From Candidatus Caldarchaeum sp. (GTDB lineage Archaea; Thermoproteota; Nitrososphaeria_A; Caldarchaeales; Caldarchaeaceae), in contig JAWBKB010000001.1 in NCBI GenBank assembly GCA_038831915.1, positions 64,001 to 128,000 of the forward strand: a DNA stretch of 64,000 nucleotides. The letters run 5' to 3'. The notes under the pieces are model-generated. The model made no database searches, was not told where the DNA came from, and saw only the letters and a list, made by a program, of their open reading frames with translations. Below, in pieces: positions 9,431-19,689 of this stretch (position 1 is its first letter; each line of letters opens with the position of its first letter). The position numbers were made by a program, and so were the translations under genes.

Positions 9431-9963
9431 TCTTTCATCACCGTGTAGACTTTCTCAGGAATGATGGCTCGGTTTTCCAGCGTCAACTCGTAGAGATGAC
9501 TTCCGGCGTGTCTCTTCACGGCCTCCACGACGGCGTGCTTTGCCGCGTAATGAACCGTGAACAGGCTTAATTTGTCGGCATTTAAGATTTCAAACACAGT
9601 TTCTACGAATTGCGGGGCGGTTAACTCCATGGGCCCTATTTCGTCCACCGCTATAACCTCTACATCAGTTTCCAACTGTTCCCGCATATGTTTCGACATA
9701 TTCCCCACGTTGAATACATTGACAACGTATTTGCCGACACGCGGTCCCCGGCCTTCACCAACCCATGCAAGCGTCGAAACATTTCCGGAAACGAGGTCAA
9801 CCATTTCAAAACCAACTCTGAGACCTCTTTCACGTACTTCACGCGAATAAAACCCAGCCACGTTTACTCCGTCTTTTCGAAGCAATTCGACTATTTTGAC
9901 GAACGCGGTTGTTTTCCCGATTCCTGGCCTGCCCGTCAAAGCTGCAATCCTAGAACTGGTCAA
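9415..9963 (-). CDS. THEP1-family nucleoside triphosphatase
   Basis: TGRPGIGKTT, RVGFE, RVGKYVV, VDEIGPMEL. Confidence 0.93.
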   Translation of the reverse strand: MTSSRIAALTGRPGIGKTTAFVKIVELLRKDGVNVAGFYSREVRERGLRVGFEMVDLVSGNVSTLAWVGEGRGPRVGKYVVNVFNVGNMSKHMREQLETDVEVIAVDEIGPMELTAPQFVETVFEILNADKLSLFTVHYAAKHAVVEAVKRHAGSHLYELTLENRAIIPEKVYTVMKDWLKS

Positions 9964-10600
9964 GAGTAGTCTGCCTCAGCCTGTCTAAAGTTTTCCATCC
10001 ATGCCGCACATATTTTCCGTATTCGGGCTTGCTGCTGTTTTCCATCAACCATTTGCGTGTCAAGGGGTCCGATGGATAGCCTGAGCCAAAATCGCCCAAA
10101 ATTTTTCTAAGCTGCTCGATTTTCTTATCCCGCATGACTTTTGCCACAATAGAAGCAGCGGCAATCAAAACATTTCTACTATCGCCGTGAACCATGCAAC
10201 GCACCTCGACATCATGTCTGACGTGGCTGACTATTCGGCTCCTGGCTTTCCGCACGTCTCTATCGGGTGAATCAACGTAGACAACATCAGGCCTGAATCG
10301 TTTGACGAGCTCGGCGATGGACATGTATTCGACCTCGTTCAACCCCATGCCGCCGTGAACACGGAGGCTCTCCGAAACTTTCCGCGGCTTTATCACCACG
10401 TATTCGAACCGGTAATGCTGTTTGAAAATCTGGAATAGCTCGAGCCTCCGACGCGGCGACAAAACCTTCGAATCCGCCACACCGTAATCTTTCAACTTCC
10501 TCAAATCACGCGGAGCCGCTGCAAAAGCGGCAATAACCAAAGGCCCGATTACACAGCCTCTACCTGCTTCATCTATGCCGCAAACCAGTTTACCGGCCAT
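9950..10600 (-). CDS. rnhB: Ribonuclease HII with C-terminal PIP box
   Basis: GIDEAGRG, DSK, AAASIVAK, GSGYPSDP, terminal QTTLDQF. Confidence 0.97.
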   Translation of the reverse strand: MAGKLVCGIDEAGRGCVIGPLVIAAFAAAPRDLRKLKDYGVADSKVLSPRRRLELFQIFKQHYRFEYVVIKPRKVSESLRVHGGMGLNEVEYMSIAELVKRFRPDVVYVDSPDRDVRKARSRIVSHVRHDVEVRCMVHGDSRNVLIAAASIVAKVMRDKKIEQLRKILGDFGSGYPSDPLTRKWLMENSSKPEYGKYVRHGWKTLDRLRQTTLDQF

Positions 10601-11288
10601 GGTAAACCGCTACAACCATAACGTGGTCCTTTTCATAAGGCTCAAGGTTCAGCTTCTGGATGATTTCGAATTTGTTTTCTGCGAGTATTTTCACCTCTTT
10701 ATCGACGACTTTTTCCGGGTCTTCGACGCTGTCTATGCTTCGGGCTTTAACCGCGACCAACACACCTCCACCACGTTTCAGCATCAGCCGGCAGTTCGAC
10801 GCCACCAGCCTCGCCTGTTCAGGCTGGGCGACATCCGCGTAAACAACATCAACAGCGCCAACTAGGTGGCTGTAGTTTTCAGGCCGAGTCGCATCCGCCA
10901 AAATAGGGACCACGTTCTTCCTTTTTTCAACGACGTTGCGGATAAACTGCTGCATCACCTTAGCTGAAAAATCGACGCCGTAAACCATCCCTATGTTACC
11001 GACGATATCCGACACATGGGAGACAGTGGTGCCGGAGGCTGAGCCAAGATACAATACTCTGGCTCCGGGCTTGATGAAAATTTCATCGACATCTTTGACT
11101 ATGGCTGCGGCAAGCTTGCTTCGGAAAGGATTCCAAACACGGTATTCTACGCCTTCGAACCGAATTAAATCCTCCCCATACACCTGAAAACCTTCAGCCA
11201 AGTTGATTGTTGCGGGACGTGTGCCTTCATATCCTTCAACCATGAAAACACCTTCAAATCGTGGATGCTTCTTCATAATAGGCTTCAT
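10590..11288 (-). CDS. flpA: Fibrillarin-like rRNA/tRNA 2'-O-methyltransferase
   Basis: YRVWNPFRSKLAAAI, LYLGSASGTTVSHVSD, DVAQPEQ. Confidence 0.97.
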   Translation of the reverse strand: MKPIMKKHPRFEGVFMVEGYEGTRPATINLAEGFQVYGEDLIRFEGVEYRVWNPFRSKLAAAIVKDVDEIFIKPGARVLYLGSASGTTVSHVSDIVGNIGMVYGVDFSAKVMQQFIRNVVEKRKNVVPILADATRPENYSHLVGAVDVVYADVAQPEQARLVASNCRLMLKRGGGVLVAVKARSIDSVEDPEKVVDKEVKILAENKFEIIQKLNLEPYEKDHVMVVAVYHGR

Positions 11289-12463
11289 CGCCTTCTCCTT
11301 CTCCTTTCAACAGGCTTGGTCACAGCTTTTTTCACCGGTGGCGAAGCATATTTGCGGCGGATTTCCTCCACCCGTTTCTCAAGCGATTCACGAAGAACTG
11401 CACTACGGTCCTCTTTGCTGAAATAGTCGATGCGAGCGGCGATGCTAATCTTAGTTGCAAGAGCTCTGGCGATTTTACCCCTCTGCCATTTCGGCGCGCT
11501 GTGAACAAGCGGGTGCTGGAAGATAACTCCGTGTTTCGGTGCTCCACGCCCAGTCTTTAGGAAGCGGAACAGTGCTTTTTCAGCTCCCAAAACCTGCACC
11601 GTGCTCGCCGGAAGACGGGCCAATTTTTCCAAACTACCGGCAAGAGAAATCAACCGACTGCCCAACACGGGGCCCGCGACAGCGGAAAGATTAGGCGCCT
11701 CGGACGCCATCAATTCTCGAACGTATTCTGACATCTTTTCTGCAAGCCTGCTCACCTCAACTCCGAGCGCGGCGAGCGATGAAAGAGCTGACGCGTCTTT
11801 TTTAAACAACGGTCCACCTATGGATTTCCGGGCTGCGTCAGCCACTTTGGCAACGTCTTCGCTTTTCAAAAGCTTCGACAGCATTTTCTCTTCAACCTCG
11901 TCCCGTAAAAGAGGCTGCGAAACAAGTTGCAGAAAATCGTCAATGTCCGAAACTATGCTTGAAAGTTCAGGAAAATGAACGTCATACCATTCTTTCACCC
12001 TGACGTAGATTTGGTTTTTCATTTTTTCGAGGTCGTCTAAAGCCCTAACTGAATGCACTATGTGAAGGTCTCTTCTTCCCGCTACGGTCGCGATTGCTTG
12101 ACGAGCCATTTCCGTCAAAACATCTCTGACAAGGCTTCGGTAACGTTCCACTTCTTCACCAGAGAGAAGAGATTCCAAATCAATTACAGAGGGTTCAGCA
12201 TATTCGACTACGAGGCCGAATCTTCCAGCAAAATTTTTCAAGAACTCGCCGATTCTTTCATCCCAGTAAGCCAAAACGCCGAAACCTTTTTCACGTGCTG
12301 ATGTGAGAAAACTTTCGACATAGCTTTCTGGAACATATCCTGATTGGAGATTTTTAGCGATTTCAGCAGGAGTTTGGGCGAAAGGCTTCAACTCCACCCG
12401 TCCAAGGCTTTCGTCCAACAAAGCCCAACCGACCGCCGTCAAAACAACAACAGCCCGCGACAT
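11285..12463 (-). CDS. nop5: Box C/D RNP core protein Nop5/Nop56
   Basis: EWYDVHFPEL, APNL, PASTVQVLGAEKALF, PKHGVIF, RGKIAR. Confidence 0.97.
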   Translation of the reverse strand: MSRAVVVLTAVGWALLDESLGRVELKPFAQTPAEIAKNLQSGYVPESYVESFLTSAREKGFGVLAYWDERIGEFLKNFAGRFGLVVEYAEPSVIDLESLLSGEEVERYRSLVRDVLTEMARQAIATVAGRRDLHIVHSVRALDDLEKMKNQIYVRVKEWYDVHFPELSSIVSDIDDFLQLVSQPLLRDEVEEKMLSKLLKSEDVAKVADAARKSIGGPLFKKDASALSSLAALGVEVSRLAEKMSEYVRELMASEAPNLSAVAGPVLGSRLISLAGSLEKLARLPASTVQVLGAEKALFRFLKTGRGAPKHGVIFQHPLVHSAPKWQRGKIARALATKISIAARIDYFSKEDRSAVLRESLEKRVEEIRRKYASPPVKKAVTKPVERRRRRR

Positions 12464-12854
12464 CCTTCACTCAAACTGTTAACGCGACATTTAAAAAATA
12501 TGAACACAGCTATCGACACGCGTTACACATCGACTCTGTGAACCAGGGTTTAAACAAACAGGTTCTCTTTAAAGAGTTGCGACAAAGACAGAGGCTATCC
12601 CCTTGACCTTCTTATTAGCAGCCCTTCCACACACTCCCCGCTTTTATGCTCGAAGACAGTTACATCCAAGCTAACTCCAACACCTTTTTTCATCTCAAAC
12701 GCTCATAAGGATTTTACCGCCATTCGTTTGAGCACATGTCTATCAAATGCTAATCAGTCCATAACCATGCCTTCAAACCAGTTGTCGAGATAAGGTTCCG
12801 GTCAGGTTTTATCCGTAGGTCGTTGATAAGGTAAAAAGGTTTTTCGCCGACTTG

Positions 12855-13271
12855 TTATTCGCCGATTACTTGGATGAGGATTTTACGGGTTCTAGGGCCG
12901 TCGAATTCGGCGGCGATGATTGACTGCCATGTGCCGCGGACTGTTTTTCCGTCCTGCACTGCGAGAGTGACCACGGGCGACAGAAGTATCGACCGTAGGT
13001 GTGAAAATGTGTTTGCTGTTGGGTCGATGGTGTCGTGGTGATAGCCTTTCTGCGGCGGTGCGAGTTTTTCGAGAAATTCGAGAACATCCTGCCGAAGGTT
13101 CGACTCGTTTTCGTTGAGATAAAGAGCCATCGTCGTATGCATCGAAAAAACGTTGACAACTCCGTTTTTGATTCCCGAAGCTTGAACAGATTTTTCAACT
13201 CTGTCGGAAACATCATTGAGCTCGATTCGGGATTTCGTGTTCAAAACAATTGTGTCGAAAAAGACCTTCAT
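12855..13271 (-). CDS. yjbQ: YjbQ/UPF0047 family protein
   Basis: HTTMALYLNENE, SHLRSIL, GTWQSI, EFDGPRTR. Confidence 0.93.
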   Translation of the reverse strand: MKVFFDTIVLNTKSRIELNDVSDRVEKSVQASGIKNGVVNVFSMHTTMALYLNENESNLRQDVLEFLEKLAPPQKGYHHDTIDPTANTFSHLRSILLSPVVTLAVQDGKTVRGTWQSIIAAEFDGPRTRKILIQVIGE

Positions 13272-13303
13272 CAGTTACTTTACTAGCGCGCGGTTAATAA
13301 GAG

Positions 13304-14224
13304 TTAGCTGAAGCTGGGTAACACTTCGCGGGCGAACGACCTGACGTTCGATGAATCGGGGTCCATGTCCCGTAAAATTATTAACCCGGCACCTAGGTTT
13401 TTGAGTTCTTCAACTTGCTTGATGACTTTGTCAGGTGTTCCGTGTAGGATGGTGAATGTTTTCCGTAACGCGCCTTCCTCGGATTCGAAGGGCCCGAAAT
13501 GTTTGAGCCTCTCAGCTTTTTCAGCGTCGTTCGAGTAAATTAACGTGTTGGTGAAAACTGATTTGGATGGTTTGCGGCCGAAGTTTTTTACGGCTTCGTC
13601 GTAAACAGCCACTGCGTTACGGTATTCCTCCAATGTCTCGCCGTAGAAGTTCCATCCGTCTCCAAGCTCCGCGGCAATTTGTATCATTTTTCTCTTCCGC
13701 GCCCCTATCCAGATGAATGTTGTGGGCCGTTGAACGGATGGCGTGTTGCAAACCGCTTTCGAAAGACGGTAAAACTTGCCGTCAAAATCAACCGCTCCAG
13801 AATCTTTGAGCAAAAGCCTCAGAACAGTCACGTATTCCCTGAATCTGTTCGACGTTTCTTTAGGGGGCCATTTTTCCATTCCGAGTGATTCAAGCTCTTC
13901 GGCCTGCGGCTCGGATCCTGTGCCGATTCCAAGTTCAAGGCGGCCGTTGCTAATGACGTCGAGTGTTCCGGCCATTTTCGCGAGAAGAGATGGATGACGA
14001 TAGCAGGAACAGAGCACGACCGTGCCAAGCCTCGCATCGGTCAGCGGAGCAAGAGCCGACAGAAGAGTCCACGATTCTAAAATTCTTGACGCCCGCCGCG
14101 GCTGAAGATGGTCGGTGACCCATAAAGACGAAAATCCAAGGTCTTCAAACATCACCGCGGAATCAACGACCTTGCGGAAATCCACGTCGTATCGTGGAAG
14201 AACCGCTCCAAAGAAAACAACCAT
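13304..14224 (-). CDS. LLM-class (luciferase-like), probably F420-dependent, oxidoreductase
   Basis: GFSSLWVTDH, ESWTLLSALA, RHPSLLAKMAGTLDVISNGRLELGIG. Start chosen at MVVFFG. Confidence 0.88.
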   Translation of the reverse strand: MVVFFGAVLPRYDVDFRKVVDSAVMFEDLGFSSLWVTDHLQPRRASRILESWTLLSALAPLTDARLGTVVLCSCYRHPSLLAKMAGTLDVISNGRLELGIGTGSEPQAEELESLGMEKWPPKETSNRFREYVTVLRLLLKDSGAVDFDGKFYRLSKAVCNTPSVQRPTTFIWIGARKRKMIQIAAELGDGWNFYGETLEEYRNAVAVYDEAVKNFGRKPSKSVFTNTLIYSNDAEKAERLKHFGPFESEEGALRKTFTILHGTPDKVIKQVEELKNLGAGLIILRDMDPDSSNVRSFAREVLPSFS

Positions 14225-14311
14225 GACCAATTTTCCACATGATGCAATATTAAACGTTGCATTTTCAAGCAACTCTCTCATGATAAATTCTGGAACACGT
14301 TTTCATCTGTT

Positions 14312-16435
14312 GTGGAAGGCCGTTTACTCGACGTTGTCTGCCGTAATGACGGAGTAGTGATATGGGTTCGAAACGAGAAAACCGTGTTCAAAGATTTTGT
14401 GAAATGGATGCCGTCACTCTACTTCGCGGGCCCTCGCGATGTTTTAGATGAGCTGGGGAAGGCTTTGGAGGAAAGATACGTTGTTAGAAATAGGTTGAAA
14501 CGAGTTCTTGGAATCGGTTGGGTTGATGTTCTCGAAGTGGAAACACCCGTTTCCGAGAAGAGGTTTCTCGCCGACTTTGTGACGTCTCGCTGGGGTTCGC
14601 GCGGAATCCAAGTCTTCAACGTAGACCTGCCGGCTTCTCAGGAATTTCTCTACAGGTTTGATTTAGCTCCCATCGTCACGGTGGAAAAAAGGGACGGAAT
14701 GTTCAGAGCGGTCGAGTCTGTTGAAAACCCCTTTTACGACGTTTCTTTTCTCCGCGTGTGCTTTCTCAAAGCGGTCGTCGGCTCTGGGCCTTTGCCCTCT
14801 TTCACGGATGTTCTCCGCATGGTTCAGCTCGAAATTGACGGAGAGAAAATCGTTCTCGAAGGCGGTGAAGAAACAATTCTCATGGATTTTGCCAAGGTTT
14901 TGAATGATTTTGACGTCGACGTTGTCATCACGGAGGGCGGCGATTCTTTTTTGATGCGATATCTTCGTTACAGGGCGAAGCTTCATGGAATTGTTCTTCG
15001 GCTCGGCCGAGAAGAAGACCCGCGAAGCCGTGGCAAAAGTTTTTCCTACATGAGCTACGGCAGAGTTTACCATAGCTTTTCAGCGTTCAAGCTACGTGGA
15101 AGGCTTCACATCGACGCCGACAACTCCATGCTCTACAGAGAAACAGGTCTTCACGGTGTTTTAGAGGTAGCCCGAGTGGTCCGGGTTCCTGTTCAAGACG
15201 CGGCGCGGTACACCATAGGCCGCTGCATGACATCTCTTCAGTATCATCAAGCTTTTCTCAACGATGTTTTGATTCCCGCCGATGGTGGAAGGCCTTTCTA
15301 CGCCACAGGTGCGGAGTTGATGCATGTCGATAGAGGCGGATGGATTCTCGACCATAGGCCCGGCGTGTACTGGAACGTCGGCGAACTTGACTTCCACAGC
15401 CTTTACCCCATGTTGATGGTGAAAAACAACATCAGCGGTGAAACGGTTAACTGCCGCTGCTGCGGCGGCGACGACATACCGGAAATCGGCTACCACGTCT
15501 GCCGAAAATGGCGGGGAATTGTGCCGCGAGCCGTCGAAAAGCCTTTGAAAAGAAGACTCGAATACAAAAAACTTTTCCAAGAAACGGGAAACAAGATTTT
15601 CAAAGCGAGGTCGGACGCGCTCAAATGGATTTTAGTGACTTCTTTCGGATATCTCGGATACAAGAAAGCGAAGTTCGGTAGCAGAGAAGCACATCTCGCC
15701 GTCTGCGCTCTCGCCCGTGATACGTTGCTGAAAAGCGTGCGGCTCGCCGAAGAACATGGATTCAAAGTTTTACACGGCATCGTCGACTGTCTCTGGATTT
15801 GGAAGGAAAATGCTTCGGAAGACGACTACAGAAAGTTTGGAGAAATCCTGGAAAAGGAAGTCAACCTACCGGTCGGATACGAAGGAACTTTTCAATGGAT
15901 AGTTTTCCTCGAATCGAGAAAAACTCCTGAAAGACCTGTTAACAACAGGTATTTCGGCGTCTACACCGACGGCCGGATAAAATGCAGGGGAATAGAGGCG
16001 CGGCGAAGAGACACGCCTCAACTGGTTAAGAAGATGCAACTGGAGATGATCGGGAAGCTTGCTGAAATTCGTTCACGTGATGAAGTGGATGAAAAAATAC
16101 GTGAATGCGAAAAAATCTATCGGGCATATTTGAAAACGCTTTATCTCGGTGGTTTCGACGTCGAGGAGCTGGCGGTTAAGCGGAGCATTTCAGCTCCGGT
16201 AAACAGCTACTGTAAAAAACTCAAACACGTCGAGGCGGCGAAGATGCTTGAAGAGATGGGTGCCGTGGTTGCTCCCGGCGAATCTGTGAAATACGTGGTG
16301 AAAAAAACCCGCGGCATCCCGGTTCAGCTTCTACAGAGCAGGGACTACGACCCAGACTACTACGCCGATTTTCTCCGAAGAAGCTACGAAACTGTTGTAT
16401 CGCCTTTTCTACTCTATCTCGGCGGCGGTCGGTAG
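14312..16435 (+). CDS. polB2: Family B DNA polymerase, PolB2/Dpo2 type
   Basis: LDFHSLYP, NISGETVNCRCC, LKWILVTSFGYLGY, motif C degenerate as HGIVDCL, KCRGIEARRRDTP. Confidence 0.9.
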   Translation: MEGRLLDVVCRNDGVVIWVRNEKTVFKDFVKWMPSLYFAGPRDVLDELGKALEERYVVRNRLKRVLGIGWVDVLEVETPVSEKRFLADFVTSRWGSRGIQVFNVDLPASQEFLYRFDLAPIVTVEKRDGMFRAVESVENPFYDVSFLRVCFLKAVVGSGPLPSFTDVLRMVQLEIDGEKIVLEGGEETILMDFAKVLNDFDVDVVITEGGDSFLMRYLRYRAKLHGIVLRLGREEDPRSRGKSFSYMSYGRVYHSFSAFKLRGRLHIDADNSMLYRETGLHGVLEVARVVRVPVQDAARYTIGRCMTSLQYHQAFLNDVLIPADGGRPFYATGAELMHVDRGGWILDHRPGVYWNVGELDFHSLYPMLMVKNNISGETVNCRCCGGDDIPEIGYHVCRKWRGIVPRAVEKPLKRRLEYKKLFQETGNKIFKARSDALKWILVTSFGYLGYKKAKFGSREAHLAVCALARDTLLKSVRLAEEHGFKVLHGIVDCLWIWKENASEDDYRKFGEILEKEVNLPVGYEGTFQWIVFLESRKTPERPVNNRYFGVYTDGRIKCRGIEARRRDTPQLVKKMQLEMIGKLAEIRSRDEVDEKIRECEKIYRAYLKTLYLGGFDVEELAVKRSISAPVNSYCKKLKHVEAAKMLEEMGAVVAPGESVKYVVKKTRGIPVQLLQSRDYDPDYYADFLRRSYETVVSPFLLYLGGGR

Positions 16436-17035
16436 CGCCATGAAGTCTTCCGGCTTTACGATGGCGTCGAAATCCGGTGTAAGCTGCCCCCTTTCTTCAA
16501 GTACACGCCTAGTCAAATACCAGAACGCGTAGGGGAGAGATGTTCGGCTTCTGTTGTTCATCGGGATTACAAGGTCAACGTTCGAACATGTGTTGTCGGT
16601 GCTGCACATCGCTATGACAGGTATCCTCGCTATCGCAGCTTCTTCAAGTGCTTGAACATCGTAACGAGGGTCTGATATGATTACCAACGATGGCTCCATG
16701 TAGTTTTTCAGCGTCCTGTTAGTGAGCACGCCTGCCATCATCTTTCCAGCCACCGCCACCGCGCCCGTGAGCTCAGCGAACTTCGTTACAGCCCTCATCC
16801 CGAAAACATGTGTCGAAACAGCAACCACTTCGTTCGCCGGATAATATGAGATGAGTTTGGCGGCGAGGTTTAGCCTTTCCAGAATTTTTTTGACGTCGAA
16901 GAGATAAACACCGTCATACCTCATGCGGAATATGAAGGACTCCATATGTTTGACTTTGATGCGTGAGCCGATGTGGACGTTGTATTTGACGAGTTGTTCC
17001 AGAATTTCAGCTTCTTGTTCAGCGGACAAGGTCAT
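16409..17035 (-). CDS. rps2: Ribosomal protein uS2
   Basis: VHIG, FIFRMRYDGVYLFDV, DPRYDVQALEEA, VDLVIPMNN. Confidence 0.96.
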   Translation of the reverse strand: MTLSAEQEAEILEQLVKYNVHIGSRIKVKHMESFIFRMRYDGVYLFDVKKILERLNLAAKLISYYPANEVVAVSTHVFGMRAVTKFAELTGAVAVAGKMMAGVLTNRTLKNYMEPSLVIISDPRYDVQALEEAAIARIPVIAMCSTDNTCSNVDLVIPMNNRSRTSLPYAFWYLTRRVLEERGQLTPDFDAIVKPEDFMALPTAAEIE

Positions 17036-18282
17036 CGCGCCTCACCTGTTTGCATGGGGATGGAATTACCCCAGCGATACCAGATACGTAGAAGCTCATT
17101 AGCCTTAGCCATCCTTTCACCTCCGACTACGCCTGCCTTAATAAATTTGCCGCCCAGACCAACGGCGAGATGGGCGAGAAAGTCGTCACATGTTTCGCCT
17201 GACCTATGTGAAACCACGCGGATAATTCCATGTTTCTCAGCTTCCTTCGCCGCATTAACCGTGTCGGAAATCGTGCCCACCTGGTTCGGCTTAATTATGA
17301 CTGCTCTAACAGCTTTCATTTCCGCTGCTCTGCGTATGATTTCGGCCCGTGTCACGACGAGGTCGTCCCCGCACACGAGAATATTCGGAAAAGCTCTGCA
17401 AAGCTCCGCGAAAGAGTCGAAATCCGATTCGTGGAACGGGTCTTCCACGTATTTGAGGGCATACTTTTCGACGAGGCTTGAAATGAATTCCGCGTGTCTT
17501 TCCTTGGTCATTTTGATTTTCCTATTCCGGTATTGATATTGGTTTGACGACATGTCATATAGGCTTGACGCCGCGACATCGAGCCCAAGGCCCGACGAAG
17601 TTCCCTCCACCGCTTCTTTCACGGCTTCAAGAGCTTTTTCATCGTCGATGGGAGGAGCGTATGCGCCTTCGTCTCCCTTACCACCGCCGAACCTCCCAAC
17701 TTTTCTTGACAAAATATTGCCCAGCCGTCTGTGAACAGCGATGTTGTTTTTCAAGGCATCTTCGACTGTAGAGGGTTTGATTGGAAATACGAGGAATTCC
17801 TGTATGTCTGGAGCTCCTGCACCAGCATGTGAGCCTCCGCCTAAAACATTGCCTAAAGGTAGTGGATATGTGGGCTGGAGGCCTGATTGGTCGGCGATTC
17901 GACGCCACGCAGGGATTTGTTTAAGTTTTGCTGTGAGCAGCGTGGTGCAGGCGGATATGGCGTAGGCTAGGTTTCCGCCGATCTTGGAAAAGAGCGGTGT
18001 GCCGTCGACTTGTTTGAGCAGTTCATCTACCCCTGTTTGGTCTGTTGGGTCGAAGCCTATTAGCTTCGGCTTGATGTCGCGTCTAAAGATGGTTAATGAC
18101 TCTGTCACTCCGCCGTTTGGAAAAGGCATGACTTCCCTACTTCCCCTGCTTTTACCTGAAGGAGCTGAAACTCGGGCCTGTACGTTCCGTGAAGTCAGCT
18201 CAACTTCGACCGTTTCAGAGCCGCGGCTGTCGAAAATCATCCATGCATCCGCATCAGAAATTGTGAATGATTCTGAATTCAT
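17032..18282 (-). CDS. eno: Enolase
   Basis: DSRG, GGSHA, QEF, GDEG, EDPF, GDDL, KPNQVG, SHRSGET. Confidence 0.96.
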   Translation of the reverse strand: MNSESFTISDADAWMIFDSRGSETVEVELTSRNVQARVSAPSGKSRGSREVMPFPNGGVTESLTIFRRDIKPKLIGFDPTDQTGVDELLKQVDGTPLFSKIGGNLAYAISACTTLLTAKLKQIPAWRRIADQSGLQPTYPLPLGNVLGGGSHAGAGAPDIQEFLVFPIKPSTVEDALKNNIAVHRRLGNILSRKVGRFGGGKGDEGAYAPPIDDEKALEAVKEAVEGTSSGLGLDVAASSLYDMSSNQYQYRNRKIKMTKERHAEFISSLVEKYALKYVEDPFHESDFDSFAELCRAFPNILVCGDDLVVTRAEIIRRAAEMKAVRAVIIKPNQVGTISDTVNAAKEAEKHGIIRVVSHRSGETCDDFLAHLAVGLGGKFIKAGVVGGERMAKANELLRIWYRWGNSIPMQTGEAR

Positions 18283-18503
18283 ATCTGGCTCCTTCCAGCC
18301 TCGCTGTACTTTGTGTAAAACTCTAAAACTTCATCCATCACATTTACCGCGGATATGAACATTCGTTTGCAGCAATAGCGTTTAAAACCGAGGCTTTCCA
18401 GAACATCTTTCGGGTTTTCCCCGGCGTTGACTCGGTTACGGTATTCATCCCATTTATGGGCTATGACTCGGCCACAGCTAAAACATCTTACAGGAAACAT
18501 CAT
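18279..18503 (-). CDS. rpo10: RNA polymerase subunit Rpo10 (N)
   Basis: MMFPVRCFSCG...RYCCKRM. Start trimmed from the ORF track. Confidence 0.97.
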   Translation of the reverse strand: MMFPVRCFSCGRVIAHKWDEYRNRVNAGENPKDVLESLGFKRYCCKRMFISAVNVMDEVLEFYTKYSEAGRSQI

Positions 18504-18513
18504 GGACGCATAA

Positions 18514-18909
18514 TCACCTGTAGCTCTTTTGACGGAACCTTCTGGCGCTGCGGCGGTTAGGTTTCTTAGGCTCCGTTCTCCGCGGGTCGTCGACCAGCAA
18601 GTGACGATCATAGCTGAGCAGGGTCTGCTTGTTTTCAGGTGAAACGGACGCAGCGGCTTTAGACAACGCTATCGCGATGGCTTCCGCTGATGACATGATT
18701 CCTCCGCCTTTTACCGAAACTATGAAATCATGTTTGCTCCTGAACTCGGGAAGAAGCCTAAGCGGTGTCAGAACTTTGTTTTTGAAGAATTCGTTGAAAA
18801 GGTCGATGGGCGTTTTGTTGACGATCACGTTTCCTTTACCGGGCCTCATGAAAACTTTAGCAACCGATGTTTTCCTTTTTCCAACGAAAATGGTGTCGGT
18901 CTTTCTCAT
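18514..18909 (-). CDS. rps9: Ribosomal protein uS9
   Basis: GKRKTSVA, VKGGG, DPRRTEPKK, QKSYR. Confidence 0.97.
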   Translation of the reverse strand: MRKTDTIFVGKRKTSVAKVFMRPGKGNVIVNKTPIDLFNEFFKNKVLTPLRLLPEFRSKHDFIVSVKGGGIMSSAEAIAIALSKAAASVSPENKQTLLSYDRHLLVDDPRRTEPKKPNRRSARRFRQKSYR

Positions 18910-19361
18910 TCACGTCCACCTCGTAGAAGAGACGATAACTCCTTAAGTGTGATGTATCTGATGATTTTTCCCGACCTGCTGACCGGTGTTCTAAGTTTCG
19001 CATCCTCAAATTCGATGGCTTCGCCGACCACGTTGGCCTGTCCTGTGACAACTTTGAGCTTTTTGATAGCTTCTCGTCCACGAGCTTTTTTCCTCGGCAA
19101 CATTCTAATAATAGCAAGCCGGAGAAGCGCGTCTGGCTTCGTAGGATACCAAACAGTTATTTTTTTATGAGAGCTAAATTGTTTTCGCCGCCGAAGTTTC
19201 AAATAGTGTTCCAGTACGGCTGATTTTTTACCCGTGATGACCGCTTTTTCAGCGTTGTAAATGGTGACCCGATGTCCCTTCAACAGCAACTTAGCAACGT
19301 AGGACGCGAGCCGTCCCAGCCGATAGCCTTCCGCGTTCATGACGTAGCTTTTCTCAGCCAA
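18906..19361 (-). CDS. rpl13: Ribosomal protein uL13
   Basis: LGRLASYVAKLLL, NAEKAVITG, RMLPRKKARG. Confidence 0.96.
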   Translation of the reverse strand: MAEKSYVMNAEGYRLGRLASYVAKLLLKGHRVTIYNAEKAVITGKKSAVLEHYLKLRRRKQFSSHKKITVWYPTKPDALLRLAIIRMLPRKKARGREAIKKLKVVTGQANVVGEAIEFEDAKLRTPVSRSGKIIRYITLKELSSLLRGGRE

Positions 19362-19689
19362 TAATTGTCACCTCTGACCCACGTGGAAATTCTTTCAGGA
19401 AATCTTGGACAAGAAGAGCTCGTCCACCAGCGGCCGTTATTTTCTTAATAGCTGATTCTGAAAAGCTGAACGCGCCGACCGTTATTTTCTTTGTGAAAAC
19501 GCCGCTGCCCAAAACCTTGCCGGGAACAAACACAACATCATTATCCTCAGCGTGACGTTGAATGCGTGAAAGGTTAACCACTCTTCTATTTCTTTTACTC
19601 CTTTTAATTTCCCGTAGCAACCTTTCTCTAAAAGCCGTCTTCGGAGCGTTTCGTCTGATGGCGATCTCGATTTCAGTTCGAGGCCTCAT
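19354..19689 (-). CDS. rpl18e: Ribosomal protein eL18
   Basis: VNLSRI, VPGKVLGSG, FSESAIKKI. Confidence 0.96.
   Translation of the reverse strand: MRPRTEIEIAIRRNAPKTAFRERLLREIKRSKRNRRVVNLSRIQRHAEDNDVVFVPGKVLGSGVFTKKITVGAFSFSESAIKKITAAGGRALLVQDFLKEFPRGSEVTIIG

Noticed and set aside
18504-18611. Long N-terminal extension on Rpo10
   Set aside because: It is an alternate frame of rps9; the conserved start is MMFPVRC at 18503.
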